Assembly (NCBI GenBank): GCA_017560765.1
Contig: JAFZEI010000028.1
Span: forward strand, 361-64,360
DNA: 64,000 nucleotides
Origin: Clostridia bacterium
GTDB lineage: Bacteria > Bacillota > Clostridia > UBA1212 > UBA1255
Reading direction: 5' to 3'
The stretch's first letter is position 1, and every line of letters starts with the position of its first letter. Shown here piece by piece: positions 27,545 through 38,047 of this stretch. A program made the translations under genes and the position numbers. The notes below the pieces were generated by a model. It saw only the letters and a list, made by a program, of their open reading frames with translations, had not been told where the DNA came from and did no database searches.

Positions 27545-29776
27545 TTATTTATCTTCCCCTTTCAAGAAATATACTGTATCAAGTTGCATTCTTTTTGCTG
27601 CCGCAACAATTTCTTCTACTTTTACAGCTTTAAGCCTATCTATATATTCTGAAATATCTGTAATTCTGCCCATAATATATTGATTGAAATAATAAGACAT
27701 CATTTGTTCTTGGTTATCATTGTGCGAATATAAATCATCACAAAGCATTTTTACTGTATCCTCTATTTCTTCTTTTGAAATATCTCCCTTTTTTATTGCT
27801 TCTAATTGTTCTTTGATAAGATTAACAGTAATATCTTTATTAGCAAAATCTATACCGCATATTACCTTCATGGAACCTTTTACACGGGACAAAACCGAAT
27901 ATATATAATAAGCAAGACTATTCTTTTCTCTTACATTAACAAAAAGTTTTGACTTCTCACCTTGTCCTAAAATTGCAGAGCAAATAAAAGTTGCATAATA
28001 ATCATCAGAAAGAGGATGCGTGTTTGTCCTGTAACCTAATAACAATATGCCTTGAGTAACGTCCATTTCTTCCTCAACTGACTTTACTTCTTCCGGCTTT
28101 ATAAGCAGACGTTCAACATACGCTTCATTTATTTCGATTTTAGGTGTTTCATCAAAATATTTCTTAGCGCAATCAGTAAGTTTCTCCGGATATTCACTTC
28201 CGCTGAAAATTATTTTTACCGGAAGATTCTTTAAAAAAATATTTTTATAATAATTAAATAGTTCTGTGGAGGTGAGATTATCTCCATCCTCTACCTCTCC
28301 TGCAGTTCCAACAGAATAAGACTCATTTTCATACATTGCTTTGTTGAAACGACTAGCTGCATATCTTACTTTGTTGTTTATAATTGATTTTATGCTAATA
28401 TTTTGATTTTCTCTTTCCAATTGAAAAATTTCCTCCGAAAATCCCGTTTGTCCATTAATATCTTCTGTCAAAGGATTAAAAATAATTTCAAATAAAAAAT
28501 CAATTATTTCATTTTCTGCATCTGATGCGTCTGACAAATATTTCTTATCTGTGTATTCTGCGCGAAATTCACAAACCTGTACTTCGTCTCTACTAAAAGC
28601 ACTTCCAAAGATGTTTGAACCATATAGTTCAAGTTTTTTGCGGTTAAAACTTTTGTATGAAGAATAATTCTTTGTTGCTGATGATAATATATTTGTCATA
28701 AGGCAATTTTTGTACGCTGTTTCTCTTGAAAGATTATCACAAAACAACACCTTTATAATAGATGTTTTAAATTTATCTGTGGGAATATAAAAGATTTCCA
28801 CACCATTTCTCTCATAAACTTTTTGTATTCCTTCGCTCATTTCTTTCCTTTCTTTCAGATCACTGTTTATTTGCGCCACTAAATCCTCCACCGACGAAAA
28901 AGCTATCTCGCCACGCATTTTTTGTATAAACTCCACTTCTATATCTTGCCCGTAAAGCTCACCTTCAAAACCTATTAAGTACGTTTCTACTGTAATTCTT
29001 TTAATTTCTTTAAAGGTAGGGTTATCACCAATATTAGTAATACTCCTGTATACTTTGTCTCCTATATGTGTTACCGTGGCGTATACGCCAAATTCCGGCA
29101 AGGCAAAACCGTCCTGTGGCACAATATTCGCCGTTGGGAAACCTAATTTCTTACCCACTTTTCTGCCGCATTGTACTTTACCGGGGATAAAATAGTTTCG
29201 ACCTGTCAGAACTTTGTAATCTATCATATTTCCGTTACGAATCAATTCTCTTAATACGGTACTTGATACTGTCACTTCTTTTTTCTCTCTTGGCAAGAAA
29301 CTTTTTATTTGCGGTATTACAATTACATCAAAACCATATTCTTCGCCTTTCTTTTTAAGTTCTTGAACATTCCCCTTCCCAAATTGTCCGTAAGAATAAT
29401 CAAAGCCTACTACAACTAACTTAACACCCAATTTTTCTATTAAAATATTTTTAATAAAATCATCGGGAGTGGTGGATGCATAATTTTCATCAAAATGCTC
29501 AAGAAAAAGCTCATCTATGCCAAGTTCTTCTGATATTTTGATTTTTTGTTCTGCTGTCATAATAACAGGTGTATGCTTGTCCTTAAAAATTACGTTATTG
29601 GGATGATTTTCAAATGTATAAACACACGCCTTAATATTCCTGTTTCTGCATTCTTTTACCAATGTTTGAATCAATTGAGAATGACCTTTGTGAATACCGT
29701 CAAAATTCCCCAAAGCGACACCGCGGGGAATTTTGCTGTCTTTTTTATTATCAAATTGGTTTTTGAAGATTTTCAT
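27545..29776 (-). CDS. ribF: Bifunctional riboflavin kinase/FAD synthetase (RibF) fused in frame to an M16-family non-catalytic peptidase-like domain.
   Basis: The first ~345 aa are RibF (GNFDGIHKGHSQLI FAD-synthetase motif; riboflavin-kinase PTANI...E motifs). The following ~430 aa resemble the inactive partner of M16 pairs. There is no stop between them. Confidence 0.65.
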   Translation of the reverse strand: MKIFKNQFDNKKDSKIPRGVALGNFDGIHKGHSQLIQTLVKECRNRNIKACVYTFENHPNNVIFKDKHTPVIMTAEQKIKISEELGIDELFLEHFDENYASTTPDDFIKNILIEKLGVKLVVVGFDYSYGQFGKGNVQELKKKGEEYGFDVIVIPQIKSFLPREKKEVTVSSTVLRELIRNGNMIDYKVLTGRNYFIPGKVQCGRKVGKKLGFPTANIVPQDGFALPEFGVYATVTHIGDKVYRSITNIGDNPTFKEIKRITVETYLIGFEGELYGQDIEVEFIQKMRGEIAFSSVEDLVAQINSDLKERKEMSEGIQKVYERNGVEIFYIPTDKFKTSIIKVLFCDNLSRETAYKNCLMTNILSSATKNYSSYKSFNRKKLELYGSNIFGSAFSRDEVQVCEFRAEYTDKKYLSDASDAENEIIDFLFEIIFNPLTEDINGQTGFSEEIFQLERENQNISIKSIINNKVRYAASRFNKAMYENESYSVGTAGEVEDGDNLTSTELFNYYKNIFLKNLPVKIIFSGSEYPEKLTDCAKKYFDETPKIEINEAYVERLLIKPEEVKSVEEEMDVTQGILLLGYRTNTHPLSDDYYATFICSAILGQGEKSKLFVNVREKNSLAYYIYSVLSRVKGSMKVICGIDFANKDITVNLIKEQLEAIKKGDISKEEIEDTVKMLCDDLYSHNDNQEQMMSYYFNQYIMGRITDISEYIDRLKAVKVEEIVAAAKRMQLDTVYFLKGEDK

Positions 29777-31949
29777 TATATTTTTTTCTCCCGTTACAAT
29801 TATTCTGCGTGCAAAATCCACATGAACGGCAGTCTTTACAGTTTGGCTTAAAAGATTTAATAATACATCCCATAGCAAAAATAATAATCAAGGCTGCCAA
29901 TATATACGGGAAATATTTCCCTGTTTTATTTACAAGTATTGCAAACATATATGCTATCAAGGTTTGATATGTTGCACTTCCCAAAGCCCATTTCCAGCCT
30001 CCAAGTTCCCTTTTCATTGCAGAAAAAGCCGCTACGCAAGGCATATACAATAAAACAAATACCAAAAAGGCATACGCCGAAGCAGGTGTTGCAAAAGTTT
30101 CCGACAAAATTGCGGCTGCCTCTGTACCGGCCGTTGCCGGAATTCCGTAGAAAAGGCAAATCGAAGAAACAACTGCTTCTTTAGCAACGAGACCGCTCAA
30201 CAAGGAAACTGCAGCTTGCCACGTACCAAATCCGGCCGGTTTGAAAACGGGTGCTATAAACCCACCGATAATTCCAAGCATGCTTTCCCTGCCTTCTTGC
30301 GTGAAGCGCAATGCAAAATCAAAACTTTGCAAAAACCAAAGCAAAACACTCATGCCAAATATTAGTGTGGCGGCCTTTTTTATAAAATGCTCTATTTTAT
30401 CCCAAACGTGCCTGACAGTACTGTTTAATCCCGGCAGTCTATATGGAGGTAACTCTAAAAGAAATGATGTTTTCTGTTTCTTGAAGAGAATATTTTTAAA
30501 TAAAATTCCGGATAATATACCGCAGATTATTCCCAGGATATAAAGAATGAGAACAAGAAGACCTCTATAGCAAGGGAAAAAAATCTGCGATATAAATCCG
30601 TATATAGGAAGCTTTGCGGAACATGACATAAAAGGGACGAGTAATACTGTCATTCTTCTGTTTTTTAAGCTTTCTGTTGTTCTGGCAGCCATAACAGCCG
30701 GAACAGAACATCCGAAGCCCATCAACAATGGAATAAAAGCTTTACCTGACAGGCCAAACTTACTTAACAATCTATCCATGATAAACGCAATTCTTGCCAT
30801 ATAGCCACTGTCTTCAAGTAGCGAGAGTAGACAGAACAGTATGGCAATTTGCGGCAGGAATGTAAGTACGCCGCCTACACCGCCTATTACACCATCGACC
30901 ACAAGACTTTCTACCCAATTAGGAGTATTAAACGATATTAGCAAATTTGAAACAAATCCCGCCAACAAATCTCCTACTATGTACGAAACACCTTTTTGAA
31001 GGAATGCCCCAACAGTAGAAAAAGTAATCGTAAATACTGTGAACATTATTAAAATAAATATCGGGATGGCCAAATATTTATTTGTAACAATATCGTCGAT
31101 TCTCTGTGTAACCGTTTTTTTATTCTTTTTTTCTTTGGAGACAGATGCTTTAACAGCCTTTTCTATATATCGGTATCGGCTGTCAATCACCATGCTTTCT
31201 CTGTCACCTTTTTCATTTGAACCTTCATATTCTTCAGCGAGTCTTTCTATTCTGTCAGAGTCTGCTTTTGAAAGCTGAAGTTTCTTTTGGAGAAGCATGT
31301 CTCCCTCTAATATTTTAATCGAAACCCAGTGAGTTGGCAAGCATTGTTTTTTTGCATATGGATTTAATATAATATCCATTTTTCTTTGAATCGCACGAGT
31401 GAAGTTATCGTAAACTTTCTCAGGTTCCAAAAAAGCACCTTTTTGTGCCTGCCTTATGGCTTCTTTTATAACGTCTTGTACTCCTTCGCCTGTTTTTGCA
31501 GTGATGGGTACAATAGGTACGTTAAAAAATTTTGATAAAAGACTTACGTTTATTTTATCGCCTCTTGCATTTACCTCATCCATCATGTTCAAAGCAATAA
31601 CAACGGGTCTTTCCATTTCCAGGAGTTGAATACTCAAATAAAGATTGCGTTCAATATTCGTAGCATCTACAATATTTATTACAACATCAGGCGTCTCTTT
31701 AACAATATAATCTGCTGCAACAATTTCCTCCAATGAGTATGGTGATAAGGAATAAATCCCGGGTAGGTCAACCAATGTAATATTATAGTCACGTTCTATT
31801 GATTGCTTGACCTTTCCCTCTTTCTTTTCTACAGTAACTCCCGGTCTGTTCCCTACGTATTGATTGCTGCCTGTCAAATAATTAAAGAAAGTAGTCTTTC
31901 CACTGTTAGGATTACCTACTAAAGCCATTTTGAGATTTTTCGACTCCAT
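29751..31949 (-). CDS. feoB: Ferrous iron transporter FeoB.
   Basis: N-terminal G-domain (GNPNSGKTT, DLPG) plus a polytopic permease domain and a Cys-rich tail. No feoA ORF is adjacent. Confidence 0.9.
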   Translation of the reverse strand: MESKNLKMALVGNPNSGKTTFFNYLTGSNQYVGNRPGVTVEKKEGKVKQSIERDYNITLVDLPGIYSLSPYSLEEIVAADYIVKETPDVVINIVDATNIERNLYLSIQLLEMERPVVIALNMMDEVNARGDKINVSLLSKFFNVPIVPITAKTGEGVQDVIKEAIRQAQKGAFLEPEKVYDNFTRAIQRKMDIILNPYAKKQCLPTHWVSIKILEGDMLLQKKLQLSKADSDRIERLAEEYEGSNEKGDRESMVIDSRYRYIEKAVKASVSKEKKNKKTVTQRIDDIVTNKYLAIPIFILIMFTVFTITFSTVGAFLQKGVSYIVGDLLAGFVSNLLISFNTPNWVESLVVDGVIGGVGGVLTFLPQIAILFCLLSLLEDSGYMARIAFIMDRLLSKFGLSGKAFIPLLMGFGCSVPAVMAARTTESLKNRRMTVLLVPFMSCSAKLPIYGFISQIFFPCYRGLLVLILYILGIICGILSGILFKNILFKKQKTSFLLELPPYRLPGLNSTVRHVWDKIEHFIKKAATLIFGMSVLLWFLQSFDFALRFTQEGRESMLGIIGGFIAPVFKPAGFGTWQAAVSLLSGLVAKEAVVSSICLFYGIPATAGTEAAAILSETFATPASAYAFLVFVLLYMPCVAAFSAMKRELGGWKWALGSATYQTLIAYMFAILVNKTGKYFPYILAALIIIFAMGCIIKSFKPNCKDCRSCGFCTQNNCNGRKKYNENLQKPI

Positions 31950-32002
31950 AAAATCACCTCTGAGATACAGTATATTTACATACTGCTCTCAAATATGACT
32001 CG

Positions 32003-33421
32003 TCAATCTATATAATCTCTTAATTTCTTACTGCGGCTGGGATGGCGAAGTTTTCTTAAAGCTTTTGCTTCAATTTGTCTTATACGTTCTCTTGTAACAT
32101 TAAATACCTTACCAACCTCCTCTAAAGTTCTCTGGCATCCGTCGTCGAGACCAAATCTAAGTCTTAAAACTTTTTGCTCTCTGCTGGTCAATGTCTCAAG
32201 TACCTCCATAAGTTGTTCTCGAAGTAATATTGCCGCTGCACTTTCCGAAGGTGCCGGAGCATCATCATCAGGAATAAAATCGCCTATATGACTATCTTCT
32301 TCTTCTCCTACAGGTGTCTCAAGTGAAACGGGATCTTGTGATATTTTCATTATTTCACGAACCTTATCCACCGGCATATTCATTTCTTGCGCTATTTGTT
32401 CAGGTGTTGGATCCTTACCTAACTCTTGCGAGAGCTGTCTCGAAACTCTGCCCAATTTGTGAATTGTTTCTACCATATGAACAGGGATACGAATAGTACG
32501 TGCTTGGTCTGCTATAGCTCTCGTAATCGCCTGACGAATCCACCATGTGGCATAAGTACTGAATTTATATCCCTTCCTATAGTCGAATTTTTCTACTGCT
32601 TTAAGTAAGCCTAAATTTCCTTCCTGAATAAGGTCTAAAAACTGCATTCCCTTGCCTACATAGCGTTTTGCTATACTAACAACTAATCTTAGATTTGCTT
32701 CATTAAGTCTGTCCTTGGCTGCCTCATCTCCATGTTCAATTCGAATAGCTAACTCAACCTCTTCTTCTGCTGTAAGAAGAGGAACTTTGCCTATTTCTTT
32801 TAAATACATTCTTACATGGTCCTCAAGGCCGACACCTTCCGCCAAAGACTCAAGGTCTTCAACATATTGCTTATTTGCCTCTGTATTTGAAACATCATAA
32901 TCTCCAACAATGGCAATACCGACTCTTTCTGCTACTTCATAAATCTTGTCTATTATTTCAGGTTCTAAGTCTGTTTCATCAAGAACAGCATTTATTTCAT
33001 CAAATGTCATAGAGCCTTTAATTTTACTCTTTTCAAAAAGAGCAATTACCAAAGGTTCATCATTAAAAGCAGCCTTGTCCTCCTTTGTTAAAATAGGATT
33101 TGCAATAAAATCATTTTCTTCGTAATCTTCAATTCCATCGCTCTCCTCAGAAATAGATGCATCAACATTAACATCAATGTCCACATCAATGTCTACATCT
33201 ATATCCATATCGAAGTCAATAGTTTCTTCTATGTTGTCAAGATTCTCAGGCTCCTCAATTTCAAATAAATCAATATCATCCGGTTCTTCATCATCAATGC
33301 TGTCAATATAATCGTTCTCTTCATCATCTGCAAAAGTTTCATCAAAATCCTCAGATGCCTCTATTGCATCAATTTCATTAAAATTGTCTTGTTCTTTCTG
33401 ATTTTTCTTCTTAGTTGCCAT
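32003..33421 (-). CDS. rpoD: Primary RNA polymerase sigma factor.
   Basis: Acidic N-terminal region, regions 2, 3 and 4 conserved ([29 protein letters not shown]), and the conserved dnaG-rpoD order. Confidence 0.95.
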   Translation of the reverse strand: MATKKKNQKEQDNFNEIDAIEASEDFDETFADDEENDYIDSIDDEEPDDIDLFEIEEPENLDNIEETIDFDMDIDVDIDVDIDVNVDASISEESDGIEDYEENDFIANPILTKEDKAAFNDEPLVIALFEKSKIKGSMTFDEINAVLDETDLEPEIIDKIYEVAERVGIAIVGDYDVSNTEANKQYVEDLESLAEGVGLEDHVRMYLKEIGKVPLLTAEEEVELAIRIEHGDEAAKDRLNEANLRLVVSIAKRYVGKGMQFLDLIQEGNLGLLKAVEKFDYRKGYKFSTYATWWIRQAITRAIADQARTIRIPVHMVETIHKLGRVSRQLSQELGKDPTPEQIAQEMNMPVDKVREIMKISQDPVSLETPVGEEEDSHIGDFIPDDDAPAPSESAAAILLREQLMEVLETLTSREQKVLRLRFGLDDGCQRTLEEVGKVFNVTRERIRQIEAKALRKLRHPSRSKKLRDYID

Positions 33422-35273
33422 TTTTGTACTTCATCCTTTCTTTGATTATAGCAGCTGCTTCCCTGACAAGGGCACTTCTTTCTTCTCTATTTAAATTAGC
33501 ATCATTTATCATCTCGTTAATACATGCAAGTCTTCGCTCACAGTCGATTATTATACATTTATTTAAAATCTCCTCACAAGCTTGAATGTAATCAGGCGGC
33601 CTCATCCATTTGCTTATCATATCTGTCAAAAGCCGAATGTCTTCTTCCGGTGCATCCGTCATGTCTGCAAGTACCGTCTCCACACCGGTTTTTAGCTTCT
33701 GCTCATATCTCTCATTAAGTTTTTCAAGGAGCTTCCCATTGACTTCGGAATCATTTATCTCTTTTACTTTGCCATAGTACTTCTCCTTTGCTTTTTTATC
33801 TTCACTCATTAGAAGTATTAATCTTTTTATATGCTTGTCCAGTTTTATTTCTTCCGGTGTCTTCTGTCTGATTTGTTCATGAGTTTCTTCTGATTGCGAT
33901 TTGTTTTTGCTCGCAATACTCGCACTTCTTACGATTTTTCTTGTTCTGTTATCTGTATCTTCTGAAAAGCCACTGCTTTGCAGCCTTTCTATTTCTGAAA
34001 GAAGTGCATCTTTTGATATGTTGTATTTTTTTGCAAACCAATCAGCATATAAATCTTTTTCCGCTTCGCCCGTAATGCTTGCCAATACCTTGGTAGAGTA
34101 TTTTAAAAACATAGCTTTAGACTCTAATTGTGTTATAGGATATTTCTCTGCAATTTTGCTTATTTTATACTCCACAAGAGATTTTGAAAGCTCTACAGCC
34201 TTATTAAAATCATCAACAGTATGCTTTCTCAAAAATTCATCGGGATCTTTTACCTTTGCATCCACTTCTGCAAGCGAAAGAACTCTTACCCTAAAGCCTG
34301 CGTGAGCTAATATATCAAGTCCCCTTAAAGTAGCTTTTTGACCTGCACTGTCAGCATCATATCCTATTATTACTTCATTAAAATACTTTTTTAAAAGCCT
34401 TGCTTGTGCTTGTGTCAAAGCAGTACCTAACGAAGCTACAGCCCAATTAATACCGGCCTTATGAAGCGCAATACAGTCCATATAACCTTCTACTATTATG
34501 ACTCTCTCTGATTGAGATTTTTTTGCAACATTTAAGGCGTACAGGTTATTACCCTTGCTGTAAGCAGGTGTTTCCGGAGAATTAAGATACTTGGGTATAG
34601 AATCATCCATTACTCTGCCGCCAAAAGCAATGACATTGCCTTGCACATCAAATATCGGGAATATAACTCTGTTTCTGAATTTATCGTAATATCCTCTATC
34701 ATCCTTCTTTGCAGTAATAAGACCTGCCTTTTCAAGCAGTTTGGGATTTGGCGCTATTGCATTATTCGCAAAATATTTATACAAAGCATCAAAGCTGTCA
34801 GGTGCATATCCCAATCCAAACTGCTTTACTGTCTCTGCCCTTATACCTCTGTCATATAAATATTTTTGAGCATTAGGAGATTTTTTTAATGTTTCATAAA
34901 AGAACCTTGCTGCAAGCTTATTCACCGCATATATATCATTCTTAATTTTTTGCTTTTCTTCTTGTTCCTTGCTTACAGACTTGTCCAGAACAATTCCTAC
35001 TCTTTCCGCTAAAAACTCAAGTGCCTCAAAATAACTTAAATTCTCTGCAAGCATAATAAAATTGACTACATTACCACCCTTGCCACAACCGAAACACTTA
35101 AAAATTTGTTTGCCTTCATGCACAGAAAAAGAAGGAGTTTTTTCATTATGAAAGGGGCAAAGACCGCTGTAACCGCTTCCTTTACGTTCTAACCTCACAT
35201 ATTCACCTATAACATCACCGATATCATTTCTTTCTATGATTTCATCGATTTGCTGTTGTGAAATTAAACTCAA
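33411..35273 (-). CDS. dnaG: DNA primase.
   Basis: Zinc ribbon [13 protein letters not shown]...CFGCGKGG and a TOPRIM domain (EGYMDCIAL). Confidence 0.95.
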   Translation of the reverse strand: MSLISQQQIDEIIERNDIGDVIGEYVRLERKGSGYSGLCPFHNEKTPSFSVHEGKQIFKCFGCGKGGNVVNFIMLAENLSYFEALEFLAERVGIVLDKSVSKEQEEKQKIKNDIYAVNKLAARFFYETLKKSPNAQKYLYDRGIRAETVKQFGLGYAPDSFDALYKYFANNAIAPNPKLLEKAGLITAKKDDRGYYDKFRNRVIFPIFDVQGNVIAFGGRVMDDSIPKYLNSPETPAYSKGNNLYALNVAKKSQSERVIIVEGYMDCIALHKAGINWAVASLGTALTQAQARLLKKYFNEVIIGYDADSAGQKATLRGLDILAHAGFRVRVLSLAEVDAKVKDPDEFLRKHTVDDFNKAVELSKSLVEYKISKIAEKYPITQLESKAMFLKYSTKVLASITGEAEKDLYADWFAKKYNISKDALLSEIERLQSSGFSEDTDNRTRKIVRSASIASKNKSQSEETHEQIRQKTPEEIKLDKHIKRLILLMSEDKKAKEKYYGKVKEINDSEVNGKLLEKLNERYEQKLKTGVETVLADMTDAPEEDIRLLTDMISKWMRPPDYIQACEEILNKCIIIDCERRLACINEMINDANLNREERSALVREAAAIIKERMKYKNGN

Positions 35274-35393
35274 ATTCCCCTCACCCTTCTACAGAATAAT
35301 TGACAACCGAAGGCTTTTTGCCTAACTAAAAAAGCAGCAATTTAAAGCCACTGTCATGTTATACGACACAATAAAAAAAAATCCTCTTTTTAT

Positions 35394-37148
35394 TTAGCAA
35401 AATTTTAAAATATCTTCGATTTCTCTTACAATCACTATGTATGCGTTATCATCAATCATTCTCATGGATTTAATCATTTTATCTTCGGGAATAGAAATAC
35501 AACCTGCGGAATATAGCGCTCCCGGTCTTGTACAGTGCAAAAAAATAGCTGAGCCCTTACCTTTCACTGTTGGATTAACATTATAATTAATCATTGCTGC
35601 ATAATTATATGAATACTTATAATCTATTAAATGCTCAGAAGCACTACTGTTCCAAGATGATGGCATTTCACTGCCTCTAACATATTGATTATATGTATCT
35701 GAATATCTGTCTCCGTCCCAATAATCGTCTTCATCTACTTTTTTATAAAATTTTTTTAATTCTCCCGGATTATCTTTAATGCCAAAAAGCATTCCAAAAG
35801 AATAAACTCCCTCAGGAGTAGTTCCGTTACCCTCTACACGATTTACCGGATCTTTCACACCACTTCGGCCGACATATCCGTCTGTATTAAAAACCTGTTT
35901 CCATTCACCATCACTTTTATTAAATGCATAAAAATCACATGCTGTCGTCCCTCCGGCTCTTTGCACCGTTAAAAAAAGTGTGTTTGCTTTTTCAGCAATG
36001 TTTAATTTGGAAATAACAGAGGAATAATCACCGCTGTATTTTGCTGCTTTTATTTCTTCGATACCTGACATTTTATACCAATCTCCCGGCTCACTATATT
36101 TTAAATTAACTTTTAAAATCATTTCTTCGTCTACTTTTTGCTGTATATATGCCTCTTTTACAGCACTTTTAACAGATTCTGAATTATCCCAAGTAAAATA
36201 TCCCTCGCACATTACCACATAAGCGTTTTCGTCGTCATGAATAACAGTTTTAGAATTAACTGCATTGCTGTTTTTGCTTAACGTCTCTGCAAATTCGTAG
36301 AACAAACTATTTGTTTCGCTCATATATATCGTTATTTGACCATTTGACGAGCCTTCGCTTTGTTTATCAGATTCTCCGCCAATTATATTGAGCATTTCTT
36401 CTACAGTATTTAATCTTCCACACAATTTCTCTGCTTCTCGAGTTATTGATTGATTTGAAGATGAAGAACCGCCCGGATTTAATTTATAAGAAATATACCT
36501 TAAGACTGCAAAATCATAGGCTGTCTTATTTTTATCATAAAAATTCTTTATTTCCGATTGCTGTAAATCATCTGAAACATATTTGTCAACAAGGTCATTA
36601 CGACACTTTTCAACCATTGACTCACACAACCTTATCTTATTATATTCTTTAAAAGATATCCCAAATAGCTCTTTTGAAATATCATCTAAAGTTTCTTCAC
36701 AAGACAATCCAAGAGTATAATATTGCATTTTTAAGTAATTCTCAGCGTTTTTTTCAATTTCTGCCTTTTCTGCTGTATCAAGAAAATAATCACTGTTTAT
36801 TGAGAAAAGTAACATTTTCTTAAGCTCTGTTGCTTTTATGAAAGCAGACTCCTTATTGGCATTTTTATAAAATTGATAGACACACTCATATGCATAAACA
36901 TTACTTAAAAAGTCACCGAAAAGCTGCATATTTTCATCATAATGTTCGCCCTTTTGCGCCGGAGACGGCAAAGACGATTCTAACCCTGAAATCGAACTGT
37001 TTGAACTGTTTGTTGCAGGCGGAATATTTTGTTTTTGACAACCCGGCAAGCAAAAAAGAAAGCACAACACCAAAATCATCACCAAAGATGCGACACGCAA
37101 AATCCTATTCTTCACAAATATACCCCCGTTTTTAAGCTTAATAATCAA
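35394..37148 (-). CDS. Lipoprotein with a C-terminal L,D-transpeptidase (YkuD-like) domain.
   Basis: Signal peptide with LPGC lipobox. The C-terminal catalytic motif is AIFLHC...SAGCISIP. Confidence 0.55.
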   Translation of the reverse strand: MIIKLKNGGIFVKNRILRVASLVMILVLCFLFCLPGCQKQNIPPATNSSNSSISGLESSLPSPAQKGEHYDENMQLFGDFLSNVYAYECVYQFYKNANKESAFIKATELKKMLLFSINSDYFLDTAEKAEIEKNAENYLKMQYYTLGLSCEETLDDISKELFGISFKEYNKIRLCESMVEKCRNDLVDKYVSDDLQQSEIKNFYDKNKTAYDFAVLRYISYKLNPGGSSSSNQSITREAEKLCGRLNTVEEMLNIIGGESDKQSEGSSNGQITIYMSETNSLFYEFAETLSKNSNAVNSKTVIHDDENAYVVMCEGYFTWDNSESVKSAVKEAYIQQKVDEEMILKVNLKYSEPGDWYKMSGIEEIKAAKYSGDYSSVISKLNIAEKANTLFLTVQRAGGTTACDFYAFNKSDGEWKQVFNTDGYVGRSGVKDPVNRVEGNGTTPEGVYSFGMLFGIKDNPGELKKFYKKVDEDDYWDGDRYSDTYNQYVRGSEMPSSWNSSASEHLIDYKYSYNYAAMINYNVNPTVKGKGSAIFLHCTRPGALYSAGCISIPEDKMIKSMRMIDDNAYIVIVREIEDILKFC

Positions 37149-37977
37149 ACACAGAGAATTTTAAATTATGCATTATATTCCCAACAACACTATTATATCT
37201 TGTAAAAGCAGAATTGGTACCTTCAACAAAAATTACATAATATGCCATTGCACGAGAAGCAACATACATTTCTCCTGACATTTTAATGTCATTCTGAATG
37301 TATGTGTAAGGAAGAATGCAGTATTCAACAGAATTACCCTTATGCATTTTTGCCTCGGCATATTTGTATTCTGTTTTTTCAAGCTCTGCATTCTCGTGGC
37401 TTTTCTTAAAATTGTCAAATAAATATTCTGATAAATCAGCCAAACTTACCGGAGCGGAATGTTTGTCTGTTACGGCTGTTCCCGTTGCAACTGCTGCGTT
37501 TTCCGTATCGGAAATTTTCGATGCAGCTATTTTATCTGCTATATCTGCGTACTCTTTATAGTAAATCTTCAACGTCAAGTCAGGATTCCTCTCCATTCCG
37601 GCTCTCGGATCTGCTGTAGCAGAAGAAGTACTTTCAGAAACGGTAGGAGAAGGCGTGTTAGTCGATACACTGCCTGTTGCCGACGGAGTACTCGTGATTT
37701 TTTTCAGCGGAAACAACTCAAGCACAAGGCCTTCTTCATCCATAAAAAAGCCATAAGGATCAGCACTTACATCCCAATCATCAGGATAGAAGACGCGAAA
37801 GAAATATCTTGATGCATTATACATAGACTCGTACGGTTTAAACTCTTCTTCTTTGTTTTCTTCTTCAATTTTGAAGAAACTTATAAAAGACACAACCAAC
37901 ACAACTGCCATAACAGCAGCAATCAAAAGTATAATTTTTTTCTTTTTTTGTATCCATAAGTTTTGTTTTGAACTCAT
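37138..37977 (-). CDS. Membrane-anchored protein with a Ser/Thr-rich linker, hypothetical.
   Basis: A single N-terminal transmembrane helix followed by a TSTPSATGSVSTNTPSPTVSESTSSAT low-complexity linker. It overlaps the downstream L,D-transpeptidase gene by 11 nt. Confidence 0.4.
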   Translation of the reverse strand: MSSKQNLWIQKKKKIILLIAAVMAVVLVVSFISFFKIEEENKEEEFKPYESMYNASRYFFRVFYPDDWDVSADPYGFFMDEEGLVLELFPLKKITSTPSATGSVSTNTPSPTVSESTSSATADPRAGMERNPDLTLKIYYKEYADIADKIAASKISDTENAAVATGTAVTDKHSAPVSLADLSEYLFDNFKKSHENAELEKTEYKYAEAKMHKGNSVEYCILPYTYIQNDIKMSGEMYVASRAMAYYVIFVEGTNSAFTRYNSVVGNIMHNLKFSVFDY

Positions 37978-38047
37978 ATTTTTTCTCCGCTTTTGTGTTT
38001 TACAGATATAACTTAGCACGACTTTTTCAAAAAATCAATTTAATTAA

